Shown: positions 1 to 13,155, counted from the whole stretch's first letter. The stretch is DNA of 63,889 nt, filler included, from Vicugna vicugna (GCA_013265495.1; 77 parts of 76 records of this genome joined end to end with filler, not necessarily neighbours in it), one strand, 5' to 3'. Program-made: numbers and translations. The notes: generated by a model from the sequence alone, not told the origin.

Positions 1-26
1 AAGAGAGGAAGATCCCTTAATAATTA

Positions 27-56
27 ATTGCCTGAGGGGCATGCCCCTCAGGCAAT
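27..56. repeat. Perfect 30-bp palindrome ATTGCCTGAGGGGCA/TGCCCCTCAGGCAAT
   Basis: 27-41 is the exact reverse complement of 42-56, with no loop. Confidence 0.95.
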
Positions 57-950
57 ATAAACTATCTACATGTTTAATATTTCTGTATGGTTGGTGACAG
101 AGACAGGTTGTAATGAAGTGAACAGAAAAGTGAACATGGCCACTTCGATTTTATTTCTGTACTCTTTTGCTCTGGTTTTGGAGAATTAATCCTCCTGTTA
201 GTTCTTTTACTATAAAATAGTGATTATGGTACTGAATATTCAAAGCCAACTGCTTATAGAACTTACAAGTGGCTGTCTTTGAACTTTCTAGTAATTACTT
301 ATAGGAAATACCAGGGAAAGGTTATTAGTGATATCAATAAATGTTTACTCAGGGCCTTTAAGGCACCAGGCAGGAGCAGGGAGCCCAAGATCCTAGAGGT
401 CTGCAGGTCAGCAGGGACAGCCTCGGCTCCCCCACCATGCTGTCTGCCACCCTTTTTCTAGAAAGATGGCGATTTTCCTAGCTCATACCCAGAAGAGAGA
501 CTGAAGTGAAAAGTCATTCATTTGATAAGTATTAGATGGAACAATAAGGCCAGAGGATCGTGAAGGTGTGACCTCGCCCGATGGCTCTCTCCCTCTCCGT
601 CTGTGTCCGTCAAGATAGCAGAGCCAGTCAGTGACAGTCAGTTCTCTAGCCCCAGACAGTGATTTTTATCTGTTGAGTTTTAATGTGTGCCCAGTCATGA
701 CAGTGGAGCCTGGGAGACCACTGAACACCGCTGGGATGCACTTGCCCTTCCTGCTGCTTGGGGACAGGCGGTTCTGGGTCCGGCGCTACACAGGGCAGGC
801 AGCTGAGATGTGTTGGGTCTGGCAAGTGGGCCCAGGAGAGGGGGCCACAGCCAGACTGCAGTTTCAGACGTGCTGCCGGGGAAGTCCTTACTTGGGGTCC
901 GTCATGGAATACAGTGAGTTAAGTGCTTCTATGTACTTCAGTAATACAGT

Positions 951-1050
951 NNNNNNNNNNNNNNNNNNNNNNNNNNNNNNNNNNNNNNNNNNNNTTAATT
1001 AATTAANNNNNNNNNNNNNNNNNNNNNNNNNNNNNNNNNNNNNNNNNNNN
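951..1050. other. Artificial contig-joining spacer N44-TTAATTAATTAA-N44 (first of about 76 copies; last at about 63590-63689)
   Basis: The same 12-mer sits between 44 Ns on each side every time. It puts TAA stops in all six frames, and sequence content changes abruptly across it. Confidence 0.98.
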
Positions 1051-1523
1051 CTTTAGCCTGAAATAAACAGGAGAGCCTATTCCCAAAACTCTGAGTTTTA
1101 AGGATATTAATACTTTGCCCTCCTATAAAGATAACAAGTTGCAGAATAGAAAAAGTTTGTTTTGTTGCAGGATTTGCAGAAACACCATGATCTGACCCAT
1201 GTGGACAGCTGCAAAGGATTCCAAGAACAAAGAATTCCTACACCAAGAAGTTTGCAACAACCAACCACAGCCCCTCCACTTTTTAGTAGAAAAGGAGCCT
1301 GAAGTTGACATGGTTCTCCAAGATATTAGTCCGCCATTATCTTGGTTTGCAGCTGTTTACGTAGACCAGGTCATAGTGCCTCTGTAAATCCTCTAACAAA
1401 ACAAAAGTAGTTTTATATTCTACAACCTGTTGTCTTTATACAAGTGCAAAAGTGTTAATATCCTTAAAGAAGGAATCTGAGCCTTGAAAGTAGGCTCTCC
1501 TGTATATTTAAGGCTAAAGGCAA
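1051..1523. mobile_element. Two diverged fragments of an LTR-like family in inverted orientation
   Basis: 1051-1214 aligns with the reverse complement of about 1345-1520 (CTTTAGCCT.AAAT..ACAGGAGAGCCTA...TTTAAGGATATTAA...TATAAAGA.AACA.GTTG...TTTGTTTTGTT...ACAGCTGCAAA). The same family recurs at 21312-21479. The LTR class is inferred. Confidence 0.65.
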
Positions 1524-1623
1524 NNNNNNNNNNNNNNNNNNNNNNNNNNNNNNNNNNNNNNNNNNNNTTAATTAATTAANNNNNNNNNNNNNNNNNNNNN
1601 NNNNNNNNNNNNNNNNNNNNNNN

Positions 1624-2464
1624 AGAAAACAGAATAAAAAATATAGCTTAGGGAATCTTGAAGCCAGAATTTGGAACTTGGAATACAGAACTCAGAATTT
1701 AGATTATAGAATACAGAATACTTAATAAACAATTAAAAAATTGAATGTAGAACACAGAATACAGTATATAAAACACATGATACTGAAAAAATAATTTAGA
1801 ATATAGAATGTAGAAAACAGAATAAAAAATATACCTTTGAGAATATTGAAGCCAGATTTTGGAACTTGGAAAGCAGAACTCAGAATTTAGAATATAGAAT
1901 AGAGAATAATGAATATAGACTTTAGAATATAGAATGTAGAACACAGAATAGAGAATGTAGAATACAGAATATAGAATGTAGAATAAAGAACATGAAATGC
2001 AGAACACAAAATTTAGAATATAGGATACAGAATACTGAATATAGAATTTGGAATATAGAAGTTAGAACACAGAATATATAATGTAGAATACGGAATGCAG
2101 ATTAAAGTATACAGAAAATAGAATTTAGAACACAGAATATAAAATATGGAAAACAGAATACAGAACTCAGAATTTAGAACATGGAATGCAGAACACAGAA
2201 TTTAGAATATAGTATAGAGATTACTGAATATAGAATTTAGAATATAGAATGTAGAACAAAGAATTTAGAATATAGAATACAGAATACTGAATATATAAAT
2301 TAGAATATAGAATGTAAACAGAATTTAGAATATGGAATACAGAATAATGAATATAGAATGAAGAACATGGAGTGCAGAACACAGAATTTAGAATACAGAT
2401 TACAGAATACTGAATATAAAATGTAGAATATAGAAAAGAGAACACAGAATATAGAATATAGAAT
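1624..2464 (+). repeat. TATAGAA heptamer-based satellite
   Basis: Tandem degenerate 7-mers TATAGAA/TACAGAA/CACAGAA/TTTAGAA/CATGGAA. Confidence 0.95.
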
Positions 2465-2564
2465 NNNNNNNNNNNNNNNNNNNNNNNNNNNNNNNNNNNN
2501 NNNNNNNNTTAATTAATTAANNNNNNNNNNNNNNNNNNNNNNNNNNNNNNNNNNNNNNNNNNNN

Positions 2565-3369
2565 CCATGTTCTTAATTTTGTTTTCTTTATTCTGTATTC
2601 TATATTCTATAATCTGTGTTATACTTTCTATATTGTAAATTCTATATTCAGTATTCTGAATTCTATATACTAAATTCTGTGTTCTACACTCTGTATTCTA
2701 AATTCTATATTCAGTTATCTCTATTCTATATTCTAAATTCTGTGTTCTGCATTCCATGTTCTAAATTCCGTGTTCTATATTCTACTTTCCATATTCTAAA
2801 TTCTGTGTTCTAAATTGTATATTTTGTATAGAATATTCTGCATTCCGTATTCTACATTACATATTCTGTGTTCTAATTTCTACTATATTCTAAATTCTAT
2901 ATTCAGTATTCTGTATTCTATATTCTAAATTCTGTATTCTGAATTCCATGTTCTAAACTTTGGTTTCCATATGTTCTATTCTATATTCTATACTCTGTGT
3001 TCTACATTCTATATTCTGTATTCTATATTCTGCATTCCATATCCCATAATCTATATTCTGTGTTCTACATTCTATACTATAAATTCTGTATTCAGTATTC
3101 CGTATTCTATATAATATACTCTGTGTTCTACATTCTATATTCTAAATTTTATATTAACTATTCTGTATTCTATATTCTAAATTCTGTGTTCTACATTCTG
3201 TGTTCTTATTTCTGGGTTCTATGTTCACTATACTATATTCTATATTTGTGTTCTTCATTCTATATTCTACATACTGTATTCTGCATTCCCTATTGTATAT
3301 TCTATATGCTTTGTTCTACATTATATATTTTAAAACCGTTTTCATTGCTCTGTATTCTATACTTTAAAT
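2565..3369 (-). repeat. TATAGAA heptamer-based satellite
   Basis: TTCTATA/TTCTGTA/TTCTAAA tandem 7-mers. Confidence 0.95.
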
Positions 3370-3469
3370 NNNNNNNNNNNNNNNNNNNNNNNNNNNNNNN
3401 NNNNNNNNNNNNNTTAATTAATTAANNNNNNNNNNNNNNNNNNNNNNNNNNNNNNNNNNNNNNNNNNNN

Positions 3470-3898
3470 GAGCCTCCACACAATCAGGATACCTGAGCAC
3501 GTCTCCGTGTGTGTTCTTCAGGGGGGAAAAATAGTCCACGCATCTTTATGGGGGCACAGGTGTTCCAAGGTTGAGGAAGTAGTTTCAAACCCTCCACTGC
3601 CCACAGAGATGCACTCTCTAATACTTGGATAGAGCCCATCCCCCACCATCGCTCAATGCTAGGCCTAGGAAAACCCTTAGGGAAGTCAAGCTAAGGGATT
3701 CTACTCGAACCCAGGTGTTGCTGTCAGTTGGAAGGACCTGCCCAAACTCAGAACACCAGAAAACTTCTACGTGTGTGTGCTGGATGTAGGGAAACAGAGT
3801 CAAAGCTTCTTTCAGTGGGCACAGTTATTTCATGGTTGTGGTTTGTAGGTTACACACCCACATCCCATGGATAGGCTCACGCCAATACTTGGTTTAGA
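3470..3898 (+). repeat. Diverged ~266-bp satellite related to the 267-bp family
   Basis: GGAAAACCCTTAGGGAAGTCAAGCTAAGGGATTCTACTCGAACCCAGG aligns with the 267-bp core GGAAAACCCTCAGGGGAGACGAGCTTAGGCATTCCGTTAGAACCCACG. Period about 264. Confidence 0.9.
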
Positions 3899-3998
3899 NN
3901 NNNNNNNNNNNNNNNNNNNNNNNNNNNNNNNNNNNNNNNNNNTTAATTAATTAANNNNNNNNNNNNNNNNNNNNNNNNNNNNNNNNNNNNNNNNNNNN

Positions 3999-4478
3999 GG
4001 CCAGGGGTGGGAGGGTAGTAACAGGGAGGGGAAGGTAAGAAGGAGAAGTGGGGCTGGCGGGGTGTGGCCTGGCCCAAAGCAGTCGTGGTTCTAGTTCAGT
4101 GCCAGGACCCAGTCGGTGGCGGGGTGAGGGCTCTGGGGATGGAGACCCGGTGGGACAAGCAGGAGGGGCCCCACCTGGATCCTCCCGGCCCCAGCGTCCA
4201 GGGCCGGTAAAGCAGGAGACCCACCCGAGCAGTTTGAGCTGCGGGCGGGAGGAGGAGGGGCGCGCACGCGCAGACGGGCAGACGCGCGGACGCTGGAACC
4301 CACCCAGAACGCGTGGAAGCTGGCGGCAGCCAGTTGCTCCTGGACCAGATCCTGGAATCCTGGAAGAGGAACACGGCCTGGGCCGCCGCTTGCCCGCGGC
4401 TCGGCTGCCGCTGCCGGGCAGTTCAAGGGACGATGGTGGGGGCGCGCTGCTCGGGGAGCCGGCGGGTGACGCCTGGGC
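3999..4478. promoter_or_regulatory. CpG-island-like GC-rich fragment, gene not identified
   Basis: Very high GC with dense CpG (e.g. GGCGCGCACGCGCAGACGGGCAGACGCGCGGACG). The ORFs are low-complexity and not recognisable. Confidence 0.5.
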
Positions 4479-4578
4479 NNNNNNNNNNNNNNNNNNNNNN
4501 NNNNNNNNNNNNNNNNNNNNNNTTAATTAATTAANNNNNNNNNNNNNNNNNNNNNNNNNNNNNNNNNNNNNNNNNNNN

Positions 4579-5299
4579 GACCCCTGATTTAATGAGGAAG
4601 TTCTTAGAGGATTTCACGCTAATTTGGAACACCTGTGCCCCCATACATCTGTGTGGAATGGGTATCCACAACTCCCCCACACACAAGGCTATGATCCGGG
4701 ATCCTGAGTGTGTGGAAGTTCCTCCAACTGACAGCAGAGACTGCGTTCTAATAGAATAACTCAGCTTGACTTCCCTAAGTTTTTTCCTAGACCTAGCAGT
4801 GAGCGATGGTTGGGAATGGGCTCTAAACCAAGAATAAACGAGTGCATCTCTGTGGGCAGTGGAGGATTTGAAACTTCTTCCCCAACCTTGGAACACCTGT
4901 GCCCCCATGAAGATGCGTGGACTCTGATTCCCTACCTCCAGCATACACACTCAGACCTGCTCAGGTATCCTGATTGTGGGGAGGCTCCTCCAAATGACAG
5001 CAGCGCCTGGGTTCTAATAGAATCCCTTAGCTTGTATTCCTTGAGTGTTTCCCTATGCCGGGCTGAGAGGGAAATCTGGGAGTTTGGCTTGGAGGCCAAG
5101 TAGCNNNNNNNNNNNNNNNNNNNNNNNNNNNNNNNNNNNNNNNNNNNNNNNNNNNNNNNNNNNNNNNNNNNNNNNNNNNNNNNNNNNNNNNNNNNNNNNN
5201 NNNNNNNNNNNNNNNNNNNNNNNNNNNNNNNNNNNGAGTGGGAATTCCAACTGTGAGCAGTGCCAGTGTTCTACTAGAATCCTTAAGCTTCTCTTCCCT
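4579..5299 (-). repeat. Diverged ~266-bp satellite
   Basis: GTTCTAATAGAAT...TCAGCTTGACTTCC motif at about 4746 and 5011, and again at about 5268. Confidence 0.9.
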
Positions 5300-5399
5300 N
5301 NNNNNNNNNNNNNNNNNNNNNNNNNNNNNNNNNNNNNNNNNNNTTAATTAATTAANNNNNNNNNNNNNNNNNNNNNNNNNNNNNNNNNNNNNNNNNNNN

Positions 5400-5460
5400 A
5401 GCTTTTATTATGTTGAGATATGTTCCCTCTATACCCGCTTTGGTAAAAAATTAATCATAA
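5400..5460 (-). mobile_element. L1 ORF2 fragment
   Basis: GCTTTTATTATGTTGAGATATGTTCCCTCTATACCC is typical antisense L1 ORF2 sequence. Confidence 0.55.
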
Positions 5461-6769
5461 ATATTTTGTCACTTACGGCCTTTGTGTCCTTATTGAGAAG
5501 CTGGCATATCATTTGGAATATCCTTGGGAATGAAAGTAAAATAGATGGATTACTTACAAATTTACCTAAATTTTAAAACCAGACACTATTCATCCTTCCT
5601 CATTTGAGATAACTAGTCATAGGTTAAATTAAGTAGTATGTTGTGAACAAAACTATAAGCGTGTATATTTTCATTTTCTTAGGAATCTTTAAGCAGAATT
5701 CTGTGATTTACTATTGGAAAGAAAGACCCCAACCCTTATTCATTTATTCCTCTTTTTTTTTTTAATGGCACTCTCAGTTTCTCCTTTCAGAAAGGCCAGT
5801 TATCAAAAGGTATTAGTTTTTGAACTACTACCTCAAATTTATGGCAAGAATCTCTAATACATGGAAAAGACAAGATTAAAGTAAATATCAGGTCAGCAAA
5901 TGGTTTAGTCACTGGTCTTATATTTTAAAAGTTTATTTAATATATTAAACCTCAAAAACTGAAATACATGATTAGGAGTATGAATGTTGGCTTTTGAAAT
6001 TTGGAAAGCAATTCTGAGTTGTATATCTGTGGGTGTTTATTGTCTTATCTTAGGAATCCCACCACCTCCATGTCCTCAGACCTTACAAACAAGAGGATGC
6101 AGAATACTCTATCTCATTACGTCAGTCTATATGGCTTTACCCAAACCACAGAAATGCCGTATTTCNNNNNNNNNNNNNNNNNNNNNNNNNNNNNNNNNNN
6201 NNNNNNNNNTTAATTAATTAANNNNNNNNNNNNNNNNNNNNNNNNNNNNNNNNNNNNNNNNNNNNATAAAATTAAATGAAAAAGGACTATGTTGATGTAT
6301 CATTATTTCACATTACATAATAGCCCCAAACAAACACACTGTTTAACTATGGGGCTTGTAGAAATACTATTCACTTTATTAATATAAATACAGAAATGCA
6401 GAAAGGTTCTAAGGTAGAATGAGCATCTTAGTGGAAATAATAGAGATCTGAGCATTTTACATGATATGTATGGACTGATTCAAAATTTGGAAAAGTAATT
6501 TACACAGTAGAACACATGTATGAATGTGAAAGCAAGATGAATGAAAGAAAAAGAATATGAGTANNNNNNNNNNNNNNNNNNNNNNNNNNNNNNNNNNNNN
6601 NNNNNNNNNNNNNNNNNNNNNNNNNNNNNNNNATTGAGGGCATGTCAATTTCCAATTCTGGTTGCTTCCACCAAAGGTATCGCAGGACCCAACTCCAGGA
6701 CACATTCGCATTAAATGTTTGGAAAAAAGAGGAGACTTTGGCAAAAGACCAGCCAGTGGATCGAAAGCA

Positions 6770-7130
6770 GAGCAATGGGCTGGAGGCCAAGTAAAGCAGG
6801 AACACGGGGGAGGAGTGATGGAAGAGCTGGGTCAAATGCTGCCAAAGGGCCACGCATGATGAAGACTAAAAACTGACCACTATATTTAGCAATGTGGGGT
6901 CACTGATGGCTTGACAGAGCAGTTTCCATAAAGCAAGGGATCAGGGGAACAGCCAGAGTGGGTGCAAAATGGGATGGCTCAAGAGAATATGCAGACATTG
7001 AGTTTAAACTACTCATTAAAGATTTGCTGCAAAGACATGGGGTGGCAATTGGTGGGGGGGAATTAAGGTCAAGGAGTGCTGTTTCTTTCTTTTAAGAGGA
7101 TGGGCTTTTATATACTGATAGGAGACAACT
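6770..7130. mobile_element. Ancient L2 LINE fragment
   Basis: GATGAAGACTAAAAACTGACCACTATATTTAGCAATGTGGGGTCACTGATGGCTTGACAGAGCAGTTTC resembles recalled L2 3' sequence. Confidence 0.55.
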
Positions 7131-7781
7131 AGCAGGAGAACAAAATAGANNNNNNNNNNNNNNNNNNNNNNNNNNNNNNNNNNNNNNNNNNNNTTAATTA
7201 ATTAANNNNNNNNNNNNNNNNNNNNNNNNNNNNNNNNNNNNNNNNNNNNAGAAGCAGAGCAACAAAAATCAAACAAAGAAACATGCACCCAAAGTGTACG
7301 GTTGGCTGACATTTACCAAGGGAACCATGATTACTCAAAAGGAAATACTCAAGGTGATATCAAGGATCATTCAGTACGCATCGACCCAGTATCGCTGCTT
7401 GCATGTACTCAGCACACTTGTATTCGGAAATTAGAGGCGTGCATTTATATTCGTTAATGTTGATTAATAAGAGCATATCGTGACCTAACCCAAATGCCGA
7501 TTTGGGTTCAAATGGATTCCTAATAGATTTGTAAGTCTTCCAACAGCATGAATGAATGCCATATAAATCCCTACTTCACGAAGAAATGGCATAAGCCTTT
7601 AACAAAGAAAAGTAGCACTGCAAAAGTGTACTAAGGGCAAAAGAGACATACAGTAAAGTGCACATTGGGGTTGGTTTCATTNNNNNNNNNNNNNNNNNNN
7701 NNNNNNNNNNNNNNNNNNNNNNNNNTTAATTAATTAANNNNNNNNNNNNNNNNNNNNNNNNNNNNNNNNNNNNNNNNNNNN

Positions 7782-8482
<701 letters not shown>

Positions 8483-8582
8483 NNNNNNNNNNNNNNNNNN
8501 NNNNNNNNNNNNNNNNNNNNNNNNNNTTAATTAATTAANNNNNNNNNNNNNNNNNNNNNNNNNNNNNNNNNNNNNNNNNNNN

Positions 8583-9429
8583 AAATTTGTTGAAGTTTTT
8601 CGAGGATTTTTGAATCTCTATTCATCAGAGGTATTGGATTTTCATTTTCATTTTTATTTTTTGGGGGATTGACTTTGACTGGTTTTGTTATAAGGGTAAT
8701 GGTGGCCTCATGGAATAACTTTGGGAATTGTCCTTCCTCCTTCATTTGTTAAACTAGTTAGGGGGAAAAGGGTTTTAGTGAAGCAATCCAGGCATTTTGT
8801 TCAAAGGGTGTTTTTAAAATTATAAAATTTACTTAACTTATACTGATTGCTCTATTCAAGTTCTCAGCTTTCTCTTTATTCAGTCTTGGCAGGCTGTACG
8901 TTTTTAGAAATTTGTCCATTTCTNNNNNNNNNNNNNNNNNNNNNNNNNNNNNNNNNNNNNNNNNNNNNNNNNNNNNNNNNNNNNNNNNNNNNNNNNNNNN
9001 NNNNNNNNNNNNNNNNNNNNNNNNNNNNNNNNNNNNNNNNNNNNNNNNNNNNNNNNNNNNNNNNNNNNNNNNNNNNNNNNNNTATGTTAATATTTAAGAA
9101 AAATTAAAGCTGTTGGTTTTATGATTTGTAATTCATTTTTCAACATTTTTATTTATTTTCAACCTAATCATTAAAGATTTCTCATCCTACTGCCTTTGGG
9201 TTTTGTTTGTTCTTATTTCTTGTGATTTTGGGTGGTATGCTTGGACTTTTGTATGGGGTTTTTCTTGTTCCTTGTAGAAGGCTTCATTTGTTCTCAGTTT
9301 ACCTTGTAGATTTGTCTTTGATGCATCCCATACGTTTTATGAAGCTGTGTTTTCATTGTAACTTGTCTCCAGGTATGAATTTTTTACTCCTTTGATTTCA
9401 TCATTGAACTTTTTTTATTGTTTTTTTTT
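8583..9429 (-). mobile_element. Degraded L1 ORF2 fragments
   Basis: Minus-strand translation EEGQFPKLFHEATITLITKPVK...PIPLMNRDSKILEK matches the L1 motif EGxLPNSFYEASITLIPKP...PISLMNIDAKILNK. Confidence 0.85.
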
Positions 9430-9529
9430 NNNNNNNNNNNNNNNNNNNNNNNNNNNNNNNNNNNNNNNNNNNNTTAATTAATTAANNNNNNNNNNNNNNN
9501 NNNNNNNNNNNNNNNNNNNNNNNNNNNNN

Positions 9530-10448
9530 TTTTTTAATCTTTTTTAAACTGGGATATAGTCAGTTTACAATGTTATGTCAGTTTCTGGTGTACAGTATCA
9601 TGTTTCAGTCATACATGTACATACATATATTCCTTTTCATATTCTTTTTCATTATAGGTTACTACAAGATACTGAATATAGATCCCTGCATAAACAGTAT
9701 AAACTTGTTGTTTATCTATTTTATAGATAGAAGTTAGTATCTGTAAATTTCAATCTCCCAATTTATCCCTTCCCACCCCTTTTACCCCCTGGTAACCATA
9801 AGTTTGTTTTTATGTCTGTGAGTCTTTCTGTTTCATAAATGAGTTCATTTGTCTTTCTTTTTAATATTCCATGTATAAGTGATATATGGTATTTGTCTTT
9901 CTCTCTCTGGCTTGCTTCAGTTAGAATGACAGATCCATCTATGTTGCTGCAAATGGCATTATTTCATTCTTTTATATGGCTGAGTAATATTCCTTTGTAT
10001 ATATGCACTACATCTTCTTTATCCAGTCATCGGTCAATGGACATTTAGGTTTCCATGTCTTGGTTATTGTAAATAGTGCTGCTGTGAACACTAGGGTGTA
10101 TGTGTCTTTTCAAATTAGTGTTTTCCAGATATACACCCAGGAGTGGGATTGCTAAATCATATGGTAAGTCTATTTTTAGTTTTTAAAGGAACCTCCATAA
10201 TCTCCTCCATAGTGGCTGCACAAATTTACATTCCCACCAACAGTGTAGAAGGGTTCCATTTTCTCCACACCTTTTCCAGCATTTTTTTTTGTAGACTTTT
10301 TAATGGTGGCCATCCTGATGGGTGTGAGGTGATACCTCATTGTAGTTTTGATTTGCATTTTTGTAATAATTAGTGAAGCTGAGCATCTTTTCATGTACCT
10401 GTAGACCATCTGGATACCTTTTTTGGAAAGATGGCTATTTAGGTCTTC
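9530..10448 (-). mobile_element. L1 3' end (ORF2 C-terminus, 3' UTR and poly-A)
   Basis: MKRCSASLIITKMQIKTTMRYHLTPIRMATIKK is the L1 ORF2 C-terminus. A T-rich tail lies at 9530-9546. Confidence 0.93.
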
Positions 10449-10548
10449 NNNNNNNNNNNNNNNNNNNNNNNNNNNNNNNNNNNNNNNNNNNNTTAATTAA
10501 TTAANNNNNNNNNNNNNNNNNNNNNNNNNNNNNNNNNNNNNNNNNNNN

Positions 10549-11038
10549 TGTTCCGTACATGCTACATACAAGACGGATTCGACAAATATACTTCCCTGAG
10601 TTGAGGTCATCTTGATTAGTAATTTTTCCTCCTCTATATAAATAATATTTTCATCTAGACACGTGTACACATTTTCACAAGCTTTCCCTAACACCAGGTT
10701 CGAACTCGTGCATTTTTCACAGAAAAATAGTTCTGGAGCGATTTCCACCTAACAGATATGTAATTTACATGTATTACAACAACATGGCATTCCGGGATCN
10801 NNNNNNNNNNNNNNNNNNNNNNNNNNNNNNNNNNNNNNNNNNNNNNNNNNNNNNNNNNNNNNNNNNNNNNNNNNNNNNNNNNNNNNNNNNNNNNNNNNNN
10901 NNNNNNNNNNNNNNNNNNNNNNNNNNNNNNNNNNNNNNNNNNNNNNNNNNNNNNNNNNNNNNNNNNNNNNNNNNNNNNNNNNNAATACTCACGAATACAC
11001 ATGTAAATTACATTGTTTACATAACCATGGCATTCCGT
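10549..11038 (+). repeat. AT-rich ~740-bp (3 x ~246) satellite
   Basis: Matches the 22589-23571 unit (CTAGACACGTGTACACATTTTCACAAGCTTTCCCTAACACC...CATGGCATTCCG). Confidence 0.92.
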
Positions 11039-11138
11039 NNNNNNNNNNNNNNNNNNNNNNNNNNNNNNNNNNNNNNNNNNNNTTAATTAATTAANNNNNN
11101 NNNNNNNNNNNNNNNNNNNNNNNNNNNNNNNNNNNNNN

Positions 11139-11527
11139 GAATACGGAATGCCATGGTTATGTAAACAATGTAAATTATATGTGATTTGGTTAGAATTCGT
11201 TCAAACAGTGTTTTCTGGTGCCAAAAGTCCGATTTTAGAACCTGGTGATAGAAAAGAACTATGAAGTCATAGTAAATATTTCTAAGTCTATATACGCATT
11301 GTTTGGTGGATGAAAGGTCAGTAATCCACATGCTGACAAGTCAGAAACGCATGATTGCTGAACGTCATGCATGTAGCATGTACGGAACCAGGAACGCCAT
11401 GTTGATGGAATTCATGCAAATTACAGTCCTATTACGTGGAAATCGCTCCAGAACTTTTTTTCTGTGAAAGATGCACGAATTTGTACATGGTGTTAGGGAA
11501 AGCTTGTGAAAATGTGTACACGTGTCT
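11139..11527 (-). repeat. AT-rich ~740-bp satellite
   Basis: Reverse complement of the same unit (CGGAATGCCATGG...GTTAGGGAAAGCTTGTGAAAATGTGTACACGTGTCT). Confidence 0.92.
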
Positions 11528-11627
11528 NNNNNNNNNNNNNNNNNNNNNNNNNNNNNNNNNNNNNNNNNNNNTTAATTAATTAANNNNNNNNNNNNNNNNN
11601 NNNNNNNNNNNNNNNNNNNNNNNNNNN

Positions 11628-11768
11628 TCGAGGGCTGCAGACTGAGGCTGAGGTGGGGCAGGGCTGTGCCTGGGTTGGAGGAAAGCCCAGACTATGCAGC
11701 TTTGGTGTGTCAGTTAGCTGCATTTGCCATTTTCAGAGCAATGCTATTTATCCTTAAGGGGCCAGGGG
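11628..11768. repeat. Low-copy paralogous segment (inverted copy at about 40150-40284)
   Basis: CGAGGGCTGCAGACTGAGGCTGAGG...GCAATGCTATTTATCCTTAAGGG matches the reverse complement of 40152-40284 with few differences. Confidence 0.85.
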
Positions 11769-12211
11769 NNNNNNNNNNNNNNNNNNNNNNNNNNNNNNNN
11801 NNNNNNNNNNNNNNNNNNNNNNNNNNNNNNNNNNNNNNNNNNNNNNNNNNNNNNNNNNNNNNNNNNNNNNNNNNNNNNNNNNNNNNNNNNNNNNNNNNNN
11901 NNNNNNNNNNNNNNNNNNNNNNNNNNNNNNNNNNNNNNNNNNNNNNNNNNNNNNCGGACTCTCTTTCCCATGAACAGAAGGCAGTCAGACAGAGGATCTG
12001 AGGTGAGAAGGGATGGGCAAAGGGAGGAGAGCCAACCTGGAGAATGGTGTTTGGAAAGTTCTGGATTAGTCTCCCTGAAAAATAGAGTTAAATATACCCA
12101 GACTCTTAAGANNNNNNNNNNNNNNNNNNNNNNNNNNNNNNNNNNNNNNNNNNNNTTAATTAATTAANNNNNNNNNNNNNNNNNNNNNNNNNNNNNNNNN
12201 NNNNNNNNNNN

Positions 12212-13055
12212 TATATAATTTAGAATGTAGAATGTAGAACACAGAATATAGAATATTGAATAGGGAATGCAAAATCAGGAATACAGAATATAGAATGTAG
12301 AACACAGAATATAGAATATGGAAATCAGAATACAGAACCCAGAATTCAGAGCATGGAATGCAGAATACAGATTTTAGAATATAGAATACAGAATACTGAA
12401 TANNNNNNNNNNNNNNNNNNNNNNNNNNNNNNNNNNNNNNNNNNNNNNNNNNNNNNNNNNNNNNNNNNNNNNNNNNNNNNNNNNNNNNNNNNNNNNNNNN
12501 NNNNNNNNNNNNNNNNNNNNNNNNNNNNNNNNNNNNNNNNNNNNNNNNNNNNNNNNNNNNNNNNNNNNNNNNNNNNNNNNNNNNNNNNNNNNNNNNNNNN
12601 NNNNNNNNNNNNNNNNNNNNNNNNNNNNNNNNNNNNNNNNNNNNNNNNNNNNNNNNNNNNNNNNNNNNNNNNNNNNNNNNNNNNNNNNNNNNNNNNNNNN
12701 NNNNNNNNNNNNNNNNNNNNNNNNNNNNNNNNNNNNNNNNNNNNNNNNNNNNNNNNNNNNNNNNNNNNNNNNNNNNNNNNNNNNNNNNNNNNNNNNNNNN
12801 NNNNNNNNNNNNNNNNNNNNNNNNNNNNNNNNNNNNNNNNNNNNNNNNNNNNNNNNNNNNNNNNNNNNNNNNNNNNNNNNNNNNNNNNNNNNNNNNNNNN
12901 NNNNNNNNNNNNNNNNNAATTTAGAACATGCAGAACACAGAATTTAGACTATAGAATACAGTATACTGAATATAGAATTTAGAATATAGAATGAAGAACA
13001 CAGAAAGTAGAATATAGAATACAGAATTTAAAAAATGAAATTCAGAACACTGAAT
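12212..13055 (+). repeat. TATAGAA heptamer-based satellite (gapped)
   Basis: Tandem degenerate 7-mers on both sides of the N gap. Confidence 0.93.
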
Positions 13056-13155
13056 NNNNNNNNNNNNNNNNNNNNNNNNNNNNNNNNNNNNNNNNNNNNT
13101 TAATTAATTAANNNNNNNNNNNNNNNNNNNNNNNNNNNNNNNNNNNNNNNNNNNN

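Noticed and set aside
460..920. Candidate small exons (462-565 and 868-913, with AG/GT borders)
   Set aside because: The first has stops in all three frames and neither translation is recognisable.
1699..3425. ORFs rich in FYILYS (also at 17472-18646 and 33919-34341)
   Set aside because: They are translations of the heptamer satellite, not proteins.
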